Positions 28,434-38,685 of a stretch of DNA of 64,000 bases are shown in pieces (the stretch's first letter is position 1; every line of letters starts with the position of its first letter). Below the pieces are notes generated by a model that saw only the letters and a list, made by a program, of their open reading frames with translations, had not been told where the DNA came from and did no database searches. The stretch spans positions 317,940 through 381,939 of the forward strand of contig CAWHMB010000004.1 in NCBI GenBank assembly GCA_963830405.1. The letters run 5' to 3'. This DNA comes from an uncultured Actinomycetes bacterium (lineage in GTDB: Bacteria; Actinomycetota; Thermoleophilia; Solirubrobacterales; Solirubrobacteraceae). Both the position numbers and the translations under genes were made by a program.

Positions 28434-29780
28434 CTACTCGGTTTCGAGCTGTCCGAGCCAGCGCAGGGCGAGCAGGCCGGGGGCAAAGCAGTACTCGCCG
28501 CCGCGCGTGACGACGAACGGCGGGATCTCTGTCAGTCTGCGCCTGATCGGCCGCCTGGGGATCGTGAACATGCCGGAGCCGGCGGGACGGCCCACGAGTG
28601 GATCGGCTTCCGGTGGCGCTCCGATGAAGATGCCGTCGTTCAGCCACTGGGTCTTGACGAACTCGAACTGGCGTTTCAGGCGCGAGCCGGCGAAGACGAA
28701 TACGATGCCGCGGTCTTGCCCGTCGTCCTCGAGCACTCCGTGGGGCAGCATCGGCCCATAGCTGGTGCCTCGGCGGATCATGCGGTGCAGCCGGACATCG
28801 ACGCTGCCCTCGGCGTCGAGCGCATCCCGCGGGTTTGCCCGACGAGAGTGCGCTCCCAGAGGGCACTTGAACCCACGCGGATCGTCACCGTAGAGAAAGG
28901 CGTTGTTCCGGGAGTCGTCCGCCCCCAGCCCTCCGTCGTCACCGTCGGGCGCGACCGCAAGCGGCGCGCCGCTCTGCCACCGCCCTACGATTTTCGCACC
29001 AAGCTCGGCCTCCTCGTCTGGCGACTTCGCCTTCTCGCGGAGGTACCGGCGGTAGGCCGCGACACGCGTGTGGAGTTTGCGAAAGACGATGTACGTGCCG
29101 TTTCGGCCGAGCACCGCGGGTGTGGGCATTGGCGGTAACGATCCGCTTTCGTCCGGGTAGCCCAGAATGAATTCGCCGGGTTTGATCGGTTGCTCAAGCG
29201 GGGTCGATGACGCGATGCCGCTGCCCTCGATCGCTGGCTGTCCGATCCCGTCCTTGAAGCCAAACGACGTGCGTCCGGTCGGCAGCTGGTAACAGTCCTG
29301 CCGCCAGATCACCTCAACCCCAGGCAGCCGCTCCTGGGCTCGGTGAGCCCTATCGCGCAGCGCGTCCAGGCGAGCCGAGTCGGCGCAGAGCACGGAGAGC
29401 GCGACGTGCACCTGCGGGGTTCCCAGTGGTGATTCCCAATGCTCGGGAGCGCTGTCGCCGACGTCTCCGAGCTCTGCGGCGCGTGCGGCCATTCCCTGGC
29501 GAAATTCGGGCGCGAAACTGGCCAGCGAATCCCGAGGCACGCCGAGCGCCTTGAGTCCGTTGTACGTGAAGGCCACGGTGGTCCATCCCGCCGCGGCCTG
29601 ATCGGGGGCGATCCGGCCGGATTCAACCAACGGGTGCAGGCGTCTGACCAGCTCACGACCCGCCTGGCGATCGTCGATCCGAAGCAGCAGGTAGGTGCCG
29701 ACGTACGGGGATGGGCGCGGGTGAAGGGCGCCGCTCTGGATGTCATCCAAATCCAGCTCGATGCCCTCGCTGTTGCTCAT
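28434..29780 (-). CDS. dye-decolorizing (DyP-type) peroxidase
   Basis: LDDIQ, GFKDGIGQP (GxxDG), GAHSRRANPRD, RMIRRGTSYG, TRGGEYCFAP. Confidence 0.85.
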   Translation of the reverse strand: MSNSEGIELDLDDIQSGALHPRPSPYVGTYLLLRIDDRQAGRELVRRLHPLVESGRIAPDQAAAGWTTVAFTYNGLKALGVPRDSLASFAPEFRQGMAARAAELGDVGDSAPEHWESPLGTPQVHVALSVLCADSARLDALRDRAHRAQERLPGVEVIWRQDCYQLPTGRTSFGFKDGIGQPAIEGSGIASSTPLEQPIKPGEFILGYPDESGSLPPMPTPAVLGRNGTYIVFRKLHTRVAAYRRYLREKAKSPDEEAELGAKIVGRWQSGAPLAVAPDGDDGGLGADDSRNNAFLYGDDPRGFKCPLGAHSRRANPRDALDAEGSVDVRLHRMIRRGTSYGPMLPHGVLEDDGQDRGIVFVFAGSRLKRQFEFVKTQWLNDGIFIGAPPEADPLVGRPAGSGMFTIPRRPIRRRLTEIPPFVVTRGGEYCFAPGLLALRWLGQLETE

Positions 29781-29793
29781 CAGCGAGCTCACG

Positions 29794-30918
29794 CTAGTGG
29801 TGCTCCGGCTGCGCCGGCGGGGACGGGTTCGGCGTCGCCAGGTAGGGGAACACCTCCGAAGCGGGCCTCGAAGCCTGGTCGACGCCATCCCTGACAACGG
29901 GGCCGACGCCAGCGTTGATCAGGAGCGTCAACATCGTGTCCATCATGTCGTCGTTGAGCGCACGCCCGCCGCAGGTGGCGTGCGCGCCCCCATCGATCAG
30001 CGCACGCTCGATCTCGAAATACGACCCGGACGCCGCAAACGGCTTCGTCACGTCAACGACCAGGTAGTCGGCGAGAATGAGCTCCGTGAGGGGATGGTTG
30101 CCGTCCTGATAGGTCCAGTCCGGCCTGCCGTCGAGGCTGTCCCAGAAGTGGAGATTCGCGTTCAGCCGTGCGTGGTAGGCCCCGCTGTAGCCGTCGGCGA
30201 GGTGAAACCCGTCCTCCATGTTGTAGATGTCCCGGATCTCCAGATCGCGGTTGACCGGATCGAACTGCTTCGGCGCAAGCAACAGGTTCTTCACCTCCGG
30301 ACGGCCGACGCGCTCGATGCGGATGTCCAACCTGCCTCGCGTCAGCGTCTCGGAGAGGACGCCGACCAGCTGTGCACCAGGCAGGTACTTCGCACAATCG
30401 AGCTCGAGCACGAGACTCAGCACGTTCTTCCCATCCATGTAGATCGAGCCGGGATCGGTGAACGCGAGCTGTCCGGTGGCGATGGTCTTGAGCGTGGCCG
30501 GGGCGTCCATGATGAACGGATCCCAGCGCACTCCCGCGAACGCTCGTACGCCATCTGCCGAGCCGCCATGCTCGTCGTTTACCGTGAACGAGGCCGTCTC
30601 CCCTCTCGGCGTGTGGCAGGTGCACTCCTGCGACCCGTCGCCGACGGGTTCGGAGAACACGCAGTCGAACACGAACTCCTCAGCATCGTGAACGTCGAAG
30701 GGAGCTTGACCAGGCTGGGCATCGATCACCGCGACCGGCCGAAGACGGAAGCGGTACACGAGCCCGTCGGAGAACGTCGCTGTCGCCGGCGCGAACGGCA
30801 GGGTGTTCTGCACGAGCACGAGGTGACCCGGCTGCTCTGGACTCGGAAACGCATAGACATCGGTGATGTCTGCAATCGGATCGGCCAGTGCGCGCGGGCC
30901 GGAGATGTGGTCTGACAA
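29794..30918 (-). CDS. DUF4331-like protein
   Basis: MSDH...DPIADITDVYAF N-terminus; GRALNDD..D and FPYLATP C-terminus. Confidence 0.7.
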   Translation of the reverse strand: MSDHISGPRALADPIADITDVYAFPSPEQPGHLVLVQNTLPFAPATATFSDGLVYRFRLRPVAVIDAQPGQAPFDVHDAEEFVFDCVFSEPVGDGSQECTCHTPRGETASFTVNDEHGGSADGVRAFAGVRWDPFIMDAPATLKTIATGQLAFTDPGSIYMDGKNVLSLVLELDCAKYLPGAQLVGVLSETLTRGRLDIRIERVGRPEVKNLLLAPKQFDPVNRDLEIRDIYNMEDGFHLADGYSGAYHARLNANLHFWDSLDGRPDWTYQDGNHPLTELILADYLVVDVTKPFAASGSYFEIERALIDGGAHATCGGRALNDDMMDTMLTLLINAGVGPVVRDGVDQASRPASEVFPYLATPNPSPPAQPEHH

Positions 30919-30938
30919 GTGTCTGCCCGCCTCGGCTG

Positions 30939-31487
30939 TCAGTCCGCGGCCTCGTCGAGCAGCGGCTTCAACGCTGGGTGCTCGAGTGCCTCTCCGGCGT
31001 TGGGCTCGTCGAGCGCTAGCTGGAAGGCGCGGTTCACCCGCTGGGCCTTGCGGATCTCCTTGACGGTACCGCCGTAGTTCCTGGCGTACGCGGCGGCGGT
31101 GACCTGCGCGCCCAGGACGAACTCCTGAACCGCTTCGAGGTTCGGAAGGCCTTCATAGCCCTCGACATGCGAGAAGACGGCATCGAACAGTGCCAGCGTT
31201 GGCCCCGATGTGAAGAAGTCGTCCATGTAAGCGTCCCAGGGACCGTCAAAGCTCGTCGCGAAAAGGAGACGGGTGTCGCCGTCGAACAGCACGAACCTGG
31301 CCTCGTGAATGGTCGCGATCGCCATGTCGTACTCGCCCGGCCGGTATCCGGGGTGGTTCTGGAGATCGTGCAGAGCCTTCCGCAAGTCGCCTGCATGCCC
31401 GTCCTTGACCTTGAAGAACAAGCTGAACTCGCTCGCCGGTCCGACGGTTACGCCCGGGCGGCCACCGCCGGTCGCTGGTTCACTCAT
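30939..31487 (-). CDS. small conserved protein of DyP-peroxidase neighbourhoods
   Basis: TIHEARFV...LLFATSFDGPWDAYMDDF...FSHVEGY; first gene of co-oriented operon. Confidence 0.65.
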   Translation of the reverse strand: MSEPATGGGRPGVTVGPASEFSLFFKVKDGHAGDLRKALHDLQNHPGYRPGEYDMAIATIHEARFVLFDGDTRLLFATSFDGPWDAYMDDFFTSGPTLALFDAVFSHVEGYEGLPNLEAVQEFVLGAQVTAAAYARNYGGTVKEIRKAQRVNRAFQLALDEPNAGEALEHPALKPLLDEAAD

Positions 31488-31627
31488 CCGCACCCCCTAA
31501 CTCGGTCGTCCTCGCCGTACCGGCGAAGCATACCCAGCTCCCGAGCGACCTCCATTGGCGCGCCAGCGAGCCCGGTGTCCGCCCTGAACCCGCAGCTGAA
31601 GACCGTCACGGTACGGGTCCGTGCATT

Positions 31628-31644
31628 TCACCCGTTTCGGTCGA
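31628..31644. promoter_or_regulatory. operator-like motif (2 mismatches)
   Basis: TCACCC-GTTTC-GGTCGA(TGC); near-identical to 59702 copy, both upstream of CMD-A genes. Confidence 0.6.
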
Positions 31645-31717
31645 TGCGCTGATGCTCCGAGCCTTCGATTGTGGGTCTCCACGCAGTCGTCGGATCGGAT
31701 CTCTGAAGGGAGACCAT

Positions 31718-32065
31718 ATGCCTGTTGTTGGAGCGGACACTCATATGACGCTGTCGGGTGTCGCGTCCGGCGATGTCACGCTGCTGGACGCGGTGCTGGG
31801 GCTACGCGACGCGGAGCTCGGGCGCACCGGCCTGGACGCGCGGACATTCGCGTTGGTGAAGATCGCCGCTTTGGTCGCCCTCGACGCACCGCCGGCCTCG
31901 TATTCCTGGCAGGTCACCAACGCGCTGGCCGATGGCGCGACCGCGGAGGACATTCTTGCGGTGCTTCGGGCCGTCGCGCCCCAGGTCGGCGGGCCGAAGG
32001 TCGTCGCTGCCGCGCCGGAGATCATGGTGGCGCTCGGACTGGCGCTGCCCGAGGGCGGGAAGTAG
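31718..32065 (+). CDS. CMD/AhpD-fold protein, subfamily A copy 2
   Basis: MPVVGADTH...FALVKIAALVALDAPPASY...VGGPKVVAAAPEI; RBS GGGAGA. Confidence 0.75.
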   Translation: MPVVGADTHMTLSGVASGDVTLLDAVLGLRDAELGRTGLDARTFALVKIAALVALDAPPASYSWQVTNALADGATAEDILAVLRAVAPQVGGPKVVAAAPEIMVALGLALPEGGK

Positions 32066-32070
32066 CTGAG

Positions 32071-32357
32071 ATGCCACTTCATGCGACGTCGCCCGCTACT
32101 GCGGGCCGCGGCGGTAGGCGGAGGCGCCCACTACATGGGCCAGCGCCGCGCCGACATGAGAGCGCGACAAGCAAGCCAAGACCAGCGCATCGACAAGCTC
32201 GAGTACCGGCGGGCAGCGGCACCTGCCGCCGCGCAGGGGTGGAGGCGTCTGTTCGGACTCGATCCAGCGGCTCCCAGCAGCTAGGCCAGCTGCGCGAGCA
32301 AGCATCCTCTCCGACGAGAAGTTCGCACAGCAAAAGGCGAAGGTGCTAGCCGGTTAG
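32071..32357 (+). pseudogene. SHOCT protein with several frameshifts
   Basis: RRRPLLRAAAVGGGAHY start; QQLGQLREQ and ILSDEKFAQQKAKVLAG lie in different frames. Confidence 0.75.
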
Positions 32358-32411
32358 CCAGTTCGCGGTCCCTTTTCGGGACGATGCGAGAACCGAGGTG
32401 CAGCAACGTCC

Positions 32412-32828
32412 GTGACCCAACCGAATGCCCATCCACCGGGCTCAGTCTCGCCGAGAAACCGGGACGTCACAGTCCTCGCCGTTGACGACGGCGCGTCGTG
32501 TCGTGCGGCGCTGCGGGAGTTGATTGCCAGTGCGCGCGGTTTCGCGCTTGTGGGCGAGGCATGCTCGGGCGAGGAGGCAACGCGCGCGGTCAAGCTGCTC
32601 CTGCCCCAGCTAGTGCTGATGGACGTGAGAATGCCGGGCATGGGGGGCATCGCTGCAGCGGGGCAGATTCTCGACCGCCACCCGAGCGTAACTGTGATAT
32701 TGATGTCGGTCGAGGACCCATCGCTTCACGCCGGCGCCAGGTCGCTGGGCAGCACGGTTCTGTGTACACGCAAGCAAGAGCTCCGGGCCGGCAGGCTAAG
32801 GGAGCTCTGGCAGATGCGCCCCAACTGA
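32412..32828 (+). CDS. stand-alone response regulator receiver protein, copy 1
   Basis: VLAVDD, LVLMDVRMPGMGG, conserved Lys (TRKQEL); no output domain. Confidence 0.8.
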   Translation: MTQPNAHPPGSVSPRNRDVTVLAVDDGASCRAALRELIASARGFALVGEACSGEEATRAVKLLLPQLVLMDVRMPGMGGIAAAGQILDRHPSVTVILMSVEDPSLHAGARSLGSTVLCTRKQELRAGRLRELWQMRPN

Positions 32829-32842
32829 ACATCGCCGTCTCA

Positions 32843-32859
32843 TCACCCACCTTGGGCGA
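32843..32859. promoter_or_regulatory. palindromic operator-like motif (1 mismatch)
   Basis: (CA)TCACCC-ACCTT-GGGCGA(TG). Confidence 0.7.
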
Positions 32860-32896
32860 TGCGGACCAAGACGTGCGAAGTACGCTCGGCTGCCAC

Positions 32897-33259
32897 ATGG
32901 TCGGACGAGAGGAACACCTGCTTCGTCGACTGACCGCGGGCGATGAGGGCTCGCTTCGGATGGTTCTGGCGATGGCGCCGGCGAGCACTGCGGTCGGCGT
33001 CGAATTCGAGGCGGTCCTGACGCGCAGGACCAGAATGCTCGTTCGGCTGGCGGCACTGCTCGCCCTCGATGCATCGACCGCGTCACTGCGCTGGGCTGCC
33101 GAGCTTGCGGCCTGCGCCGGAGCCGACGATGCGGACATCGTTGGCGTGCTGATCGCGGTGGCCCCCGACGTCGGTGCGGCGCAGATTGTTTCCATCGCGC
33201 CGAGACTCGCCCTCGCGATCGGTTACGAGATCGACCTGGACGACTGGGACGGGTCCTGA
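32897..33259 (+). CDS. CMD/AhpD-fold protein, subfamily B (convergent with MalT-like 2)
   Basis: LLRRLTAGDE...LVRLAALLALDA...GVLIAVAPDVG...PRLALAIGY. Confidence 0.7.
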   Translation: MVGREEHLLRRLTAGDEGSLRMVLAMAPASTAVGVEFEAVLTRRTRMLVRLAALLALDASTASLRWAAELAACAGADDADIVGVLIAVAPDVGAAQIVSIAPRLALAIGYEIDLDDWDGS

Positions 33260-33262
33260 GCC

Positions 33263-35596
33263 CTACGCTCCGAGAAGGCCAGCGCGGGACGCGTGTGCCA
33301 CCGCCTCGGACCGGGACGCGGCATCGAGCTTGCGGTAGATCGCATGTGCTTGGGTCTTGACCGTATTGACCGAGACATCAAGACGCTCAGCTATCTCGCG
33401 AAACGAGCGGTGGCTCGGGAGGAACCTCAGAATTCGAAGTTCGGCGATGGTCAGCGACGAGGGACCCAGCAGCGCGGTTTCCGCCAGCGTGTCGATCTGT
33501 CCCCACGCCTGGTCGAAGTACCGTTGGAAGATGACCACGCCGGCCGTCGCGCGGGCCAGTCGCGATGCCTCAGCCAGCAGCGTCCGGGCCCGCACGGTGT
33601 CGGCCAACCCGAGAGCGGCACGTGCCAGCATGATTCGGGCTTCGGCGCCATACCATGGAAGGAAGTCGCCGAGGACGGCCAGGAGGTCGGCGGCATGACG
33701 GAGATCGCGCTTCGCTTCGTCCGCGCGCCCTTGGTGGGCACGGGTGGCTGCCGACACCGCAAAAACCAGCGCGGAGAGCGGGTATCCCGAGAGCCAGGGG
33801 CCGTCGACGACGATCGTCGCCCGGTCCGCCAGCTCGGTCGCGGTCTCCCAGTCGTCGTGCTCGATCGCCAGGATTACAAGTTGAGCGAGGCACAGCGCCG
33901 TGACGGTAGGCGCAGCTCCGCCGCTCAACTGCACGCCCTCCTCGAGCTGCTGCTTGGCGCTTTGGCAGTGACCCGTCAAGAAGTCGGCCGTGCCGCGGAG
34001 CAAATAGCAGACGGGGCGCCAGGCGCTGTGCTCCGGTTCGAGCTCGAGCGCGCGGGTCGCAGCGCGCGCCATGTCGACCGCGGCCACCCTGGGCGCCATC
34101 GCCTCGATGATCGCGATTCCGGCCCCCAGTGACTCTGTGCCTTTGGCCGCTCGGCCCCGCTCGACAGCCTCCCTGGCAAGCAGCCCCCATCGCCGGGCCT
34201 CAACGACCTTTCCGGTCGCGAGCCAACTGTGCGCCGCGGCGAGTGCGAGCGGTGCGTAGTCGGCGATCTGTTCGGTGCTGAAACGGCTCAGCCAGCCTTG
34301 AACGATGTCCGTGCGCCCATGGCTGACGTATGCGACCATGTTGGCCCAGAGCAGATCGCCGGTCCGCTCGACATCGTCGGCGGCCACAGCGTGATCGATC
34401 GCACGGTCGACGTCGTGGTGCCGCCTGAGCCAAGTACTCGCGCGCCGGTGCAGTCGAGTCTCGACCTCGGGCTCGATGCGGCGCAGTTCCGCTTGGAGCA
34501 TCTCCCGGAAGAGCCCGTGCAAGCGGAATCGCTCATGCTTGCGGTCCAGCGGCGCGAGCATTAGATCGGAGCGGGCCAAGCGCGCCAGTGTCATCGCCGA
34601 CCCACGTTGCTTGAGCGTCGCGTCGCAGAGCGGACCGGACAGCTCGTCGAGCACCGAGCTGCGGATCAAGAAGCGTGCGGTATCGGGCGAGAGCGCTGAC
34701 AGCAACTCATCGCGGAAGTACTCGGCGATCAGGGGATCACCCCCTCCGAAGCCGCGCAGGCCGGCGACTGGGTCGTGTTCGCTGCGCAGCGAAAGCGCCG
34801 CGAGGTACAAGCCCGCCGGCCATCCCTCGGTTAGCTCTAGCAGCGCCCGCAGCTCATCGAGCTTGGGCTCGAGCCCGGCCGAGCGGAGCAAGCTCGCCGC
34901 TTCCGTAGGGCTCATCTTCAGATCGTCCGTCCGGAGCTCGATCAGCGCTCTGTGCGCACGGAGCCGACCGACGGGCAGCGGCGGCTCGACCCGCGACGCC
35001 AGCGCAACCTGCGATCCCTGGCGCATCTGCTCGGTCAACGCCATCACGACGGCTCTCAACAGCGGAGCGCGGATAGCGTTCGCATCATCGAGCACAACGA
35101 CGCATTCGCCAACTTCACAGTGCAGGCATCGCAGAAGCCACGGCAGCGCCGCGTTCCCGTCGCGCTGGAGCACCGATGCCAAATCGTGCTTCACCTCCGG
35201 GCCGATCCAGCCGAGGTCCGAAAACGGCTGCACGATTGACGTCGCGATCGCGTCACCATCTCGCTGGTCGATAGCCAGCCGGACGAAGGGGCGCTCGTCG
35301 AACTCGGCCCAGTCAGCCAGCAGCGTCGACTTCCCATAACCGGCTGGTGCGACGATCAACGCCACTGTGGCGTCGCGGGCGCTGCTCAGGCGTTCGACCA
35401 GAGCATCACGCCGAACGAATCCTTCGCGGAACGGCGGCATCCCATAAGCAAGCTCCGAAGAACGCGCTGCCACCACGGCCCGCATCCGCAGTGCGGCCGG
35501 TGAATCCGGCGAGGCGCTAGTGACGGTCGCTCTCGCCGCCATGCCGGTGGGCTTGAGTGCGTCTTTGCTCGCTGGGCCTGTGGACACAGTATTCAT
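33263..35596 (-). CDS. MalT-like STAND ATPase/LuxR-HTH regulator 2
   Basis: APAGYGKST, VVLDDA, EGWPAGLYL, SVNTVKTQAHAIYRKL; start uncertain (ORF open to 35677). Confidence 0.9.
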   Translation of the reverse strand: MNTVSTGPASKDALKPTGMAARATVTSASPDSPAALRMRAVVAARSSELAYGMPPFREGFVRRDALVERLSSARDATVALIVAPAGYGKSTLLADWAEFDERPFVRLAIDQRDGDAIATSIVQPFSDLGWIGPEVKHDLASVLQRDGNAALPWLLRCLHCEVGECVVVLDDANAIRAPLLRAVVMALTEQMRQGSQVALASRVEPPLPVGRLRAHRALIELRTDDLKMSPTEAASLLRSAGLEPKLDELRALLELTEGWPAGLYLAALSLRSEHDPVAGLRGFGGGDPLIAEYFRDELLSALSPDTARFLIRSSVLDELSGPLCDATLKQRGSAMTLARLARSDLMLAPLDRKHERFRLHGLFREMLQAELRRIEPEVETRLHRRASTWLRRHHDVDRAIDHAVAADDVERTGDLLWANMVAYVSHGRTDIVQGWLSRFSTEQIADYAPLALAAAHSWLATGKVVEARRWGLLAREAVERGRAAKGTESLGAGIAIIEAMAPRVAAVDMARAATRALELEPEHSAWRPVCYLLRGTADFLTGHCQSAKQQLEEGVQLSGGAAPTVTALCLAQLVILAIEHDDWETATELADRATIVVDGPWLSGYPLSALVFAVSAATRAHQGRADEAKRDLRHAADLLAVLGDFLPWYGAEARIMLARAALGLADTVRARTLLAEASRLARATAGVVIFQRYFDQAWGQIDTLAETALLGPSSLTIAELRILRFLPSHRSFREIAERLDVSVNTVKTQAHAIYRKLDAASRSEAVAHASRAGLLGA

Positions 35597-35640
35597 GCAG
35601 TATTCATGTGGCGCCGCTTTGTCGCCCCCTGAGTTGTCTC

Positions 35641-36333
35641 TCATCGACACCCATCCCGCAAGGTGGCACGCCACCACGTTGCGAGGGGTGGCACCACCCC
35701 CTTTTCATGGGTCTCCGCTGATTCTTTTGGGATCACCCCGTTCGCGTGATGCGCCCGGTGCAGAGCGCTCCTAGTCTTGGATGTGCGGTCGCTCGAAGTA
35801 ATTGGCACGGCCGCGGCCACGGTCGTGCCACCTCCGGCCTGGGAGTCGATGTCGAGGTGACCGTGGACCGCGGCTAGCCGGTCGCGCATGTTGCGCAGCC
35901 CCACCCCGTCGTGAGCGGCGGCAACGTCGAACCCGGGACCGTCATCGCTCACATCGAGGTGAAGTTCGTTGGCGTCGGCATACAGCCGGATTGAGATGTG
36001 GGTCCCGGGGCCGCCGTGCTTGGTGGCGTTCTGGACCGCCTCCAGGCAGCAGAAGTACAGCGGCGCTTCGAGCTCGGGCGCAAAATCGCCGGCGTGCTCC
36101 TCGGTGAACGTGACCCGCCTGGCCGAACTGGCAGCCAGGAGTCGGAGCGTGCCGGCCAGCCCGGAGTTGGCGAGCACCGTGGGGTAGATCCCGCGGCCGA
36201 GGTCGCGGAGCTCATCGATCGCTACTTCGAGCTCCTCTGCCAACTCGCTCAGCCGGGCGCGCAGCTCGGGCTGATCGGACGTCATCTCGCCGGCAAGGTC
36301 GCCTCTACGACTAGCTGCCACCGCCGCCCCCAA
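35641..36333 (-). pseudogene. sensor histidine kinase C-terminal fragment (HATPase only)
   Basis: IDELRDLGRGIYP, EAVQNATKH, DDGPGF, GVGLRNMRDRL, GGGTTV; no H-box (compare ERDIHDG in 61688..63538) and no sensor domain. Confidence 0.7.
35733..35749. promoter_or_regulatory. palindromic operator-like motif (1 mismatch)
   Basis: TCACCC-CGTTC-GCGTGA(TG) upstream of MalT-like 2. Confidence 0.65.
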
Positions 36334-36770
36334 TGATGCAGCGAGCCGGCTGAAGTCCTCGGGGAGAACCGGAGTTGCGCCCGGAGGGCGTGCGAAGAAT
36401 CAGGCGAAGTGTTGATCAAGGTCAGCGCGGTGTCCAAACAGAGGAAGCACTAGTCACGGCCTCCGGATGTGTATGAGCAGCACCCGCCAACCCTGGCGCG
36501 CCGCCGTGGGCCGCCCGCGAGCGTGAGCGATCTGTTTGGATCGGCTACTGCTATCAGTTACCGCAGCGCAGCCGACCTTAGACAGCAGTATACCGCTCGG
36601 TCTCGGGATCCTGTGAACGCCTCGATACCTCGGGAGGATGGGTCTGTGGCACCGCAGCCTGTAATCCCCAGGAGAGCCGCTCATTCGTTGTCGAGGCACA
36701 CCGCTAAGCAGCGCTCACCCAGGGCTAGGGCATGCTTGAGCGAATATTCAGGCACAACATTCTGTCCGCA

Positions 36771-36787
36771 TCACCCACTTCGGTGGA
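36771..36787. promoter_or_regulatory. operator-like motif (2 mismatches)
   Basis: (CA)TCACCC-ACTTC-GGTGGA(TG). Confidence 0.6.
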
Positions 36788-36823
36788 TGCGGGATTAGGA
36801 GGTCGCCCTTAGCGTCCTAGACG

Positions 36824-37150
36824 GTGGACCCGTCAGAAGAGCTTCTCCGCCGGCTGGCGCTGAATGACGAGAACTGCGTCGCCATGGTCCTCGCCAGCGG
36901 CTCGGGCCCGGGTGTCGATGTGGCGTTGCTCCCGAAGGTGGACCTACTCGTCAGGCTGGGCGCGCTTGTCGCGGTTGGTGCTGCCACAGCATCGCTTCGG
37001 CGCACGGTCGAGCTCGCCGTAGCCGCGGGCGCCACGGAGGCGGAGATCGTCGGCGTGCTGGTGGCGGTCGCTCCAACCGTAGGACTCGCCCGGGTCGTGG
37101 CGATCGCCCCGAAGCTGGCGCTAGCGATCGGCTACCGGGCCGAAGATTGA
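36824..37150 (+). CDS. CMD/AhpD-fold protein, subfamily B (divergent from MalT-like 2)
   Basis: PSEELLRRLALNDE...LVRLGALVAVGA...GVLVAVAPTVG...LALAIGY. Confidence 0.7.
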   Translation: MDPSEELLRRLALNDENCVAMVLASGSGPGVDVALLPKVDLLVRLGALVAVGAATASLRRTVELAVAAGATEAEIVGVLVAVAPTVGLARVVAIAPKLALAIGYRAED

Positions 37151-37445
37151 CGGCGCGCGAGCGACCCGGCGGCGTTTCGCCACGTTCGAGACCGACATTC
37201 GGTCGAACCTAAGCGTTTCGCGCCGGCGGGCTAGTCCATCCCAGGATTGGACGGCTCGTGTTCCGGGGAGAAGAGCGATCTCGCGGAAGACCTCGTGTCC
37301 TACGAGAACTAAACGTTGCATCTCGCTTGCCCAGATACGTTGAACTTCGCGACCGGCTCAGGGAGGAGCGGCTTCCACTGGTTGTTTTCCGCCTGGCCGA
37401 GCAGCAGAGCTCCGGGTTCTGAGCGACGACCGTCGGCTCCTGCAG

Positions 37446-38126
37446 TTAGCCGAGTACGCCGACGGTGCCCTTGATCAAAAAGGCGAGGCTGAGGACGGTC
37501 AAGCCGACGAGCGCGAATCGATGCAAGTGCTGGCTGACCCATGCCTTGGCCCGGTCGACCGCTCTAGGGGTCCAGTCAGGGGCGAAAACGAAGCCGCCGA
37601 GCGGTAGTTCGAGGAGTATGAGCATCACGAGGTTGAAGCCCAGGACCAGTAGCACGGTGGTCGTCGTCCCATAGTGCAGCTCGTGAATCGCATGTAGTCC
37701 GAGGAGATAAGACGCGCCAGGTAGCGTGAGGAGTGCACCGATGACGAACGTCGTGCGTGGCGAGCCCTTGCTCAGCTCCCGCTGCCAGCGGGGCGGCTTC
37801 TTGGGTTTCCCAGAGCGCTTGCGCGCGCGCCGGGCTACGAGACGCCGATCCCGTCCGCTCCCGACCACGAAGGCGCCAACAAGCGCGATGCCCCCGAGCG
37901 CCAGGTCCGCCACGGGGCTGAGCGTGTGCTGGGTGGTGTTCGCAGCGCTTGATCCGCTGATTGCGAAGACGATCACAAGACCGAGCGTGATACTCATCGT
38001 CAGCGCCCCGCAGAGATAGCCGGCCATCAAGCGCTTCGGGTTTTGTAGGAGCAGCATCAACGTGGCAACGGCGATCAGGGTCGGATTCGCCGCTGAGGTG
38101 AGCGACAGGAGAATTACGTGCCGCAA
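37446..38126 (-). CDS. GAP family membrane protein, copy 1
   Basis: AANPTLIAV, KPPRWQRELSKGS, LLTLPGASYL, LLELPL; about 6 TM. Confidence 0.75.
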   Translation of the reverse strand: MRHVILLSLTSAANPTLIAVATLMLLLQNPKRLMAGYLCGALTMSITLGLVIVFAISGSSAANTTQHTLSPVADLALGGIALVGAFVVGSGRDRRLVARRARKRSGKPKKPPRWQRELSKGSPRTTFVIGALLTLPGASYLLGLHAIHELHYGTTTTVLLVLGFNLVMLILLELPLGGFVFAPDWTPRAVDRAKAWVSQHLHRFALVGLTVLSLAFLIKGTVGVLG

Positions 38127-38262
38127 GAGCCTCCTTCAGCACCCGCGGCTCGCCTGGGTAGTCGATCGAGTTGCGGCGTCAACATCACGGGGAACTGGTC
38201 GGCGCTTAGCCACCGCTCATGCCTGGCTGAATCGAGGCTAGAGCGCCGCCAGACGGCGGGCA

Positions 38263-38279
38263 TCACCCTGTTGGGATGA
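38263..38279. promoter_or_regulatory. palindromic operator-like motif (exact)
   Basis: (CA)TCACCC-TGTTG-GGATGA. Confidence 0.75.
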
Positions 38280-38577
38280 GCCTCGAGGGCGAGGATCGGC
38301 CGGAGGCCTTGGTCCATGCGGGTGTTCGCTGGCGGCGTTGACACCTGCTGGCCTCGTATGCCGCCCGCACGCGGGGAGCCTGTGAGCGTGACGGTGTCGA
38401 TGCCTGATGGGGGTCGTCGCTGGGCTCGACCGAGTGCACGCAACCGCCGCGGCGACGATGGCCGCCCATTGGGCCCGGTGGGAGGTGTGATTCCGACTGC
38501 GATGCCGAGCAGCGCGAGACCGAATTGGATTCCCACGCGCCAAACGCTTGCGTCGTACGTCTGCTTACCGGTTCTCA

Positions 38578-38594
38578 TCACCCTATCTGGAGGA
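38578..38594. promoter_or_regulatory. palindromic operator-like motif (1 mismatch)
   Basis: (CA)TCACCC-TATCT-GGAGGA(TG). Confidence 0.65.
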
Positions 38595-38685
38595 TGCGGC
38601 GTCGGCCGCCCGGGTCCAAGGTTCCACGTGTTACACAACAGGCCCGCCGCGCGAAGACCTTGTGGGGGCCAATCGGGGAGGACTC

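Noticed and set aside
36334-37445. Possible transposase or other remnants in 36334..36770 and 37150..37445
   Set aside because: No recognisable motif, terminal inverted repeat or target-site duplication by eye
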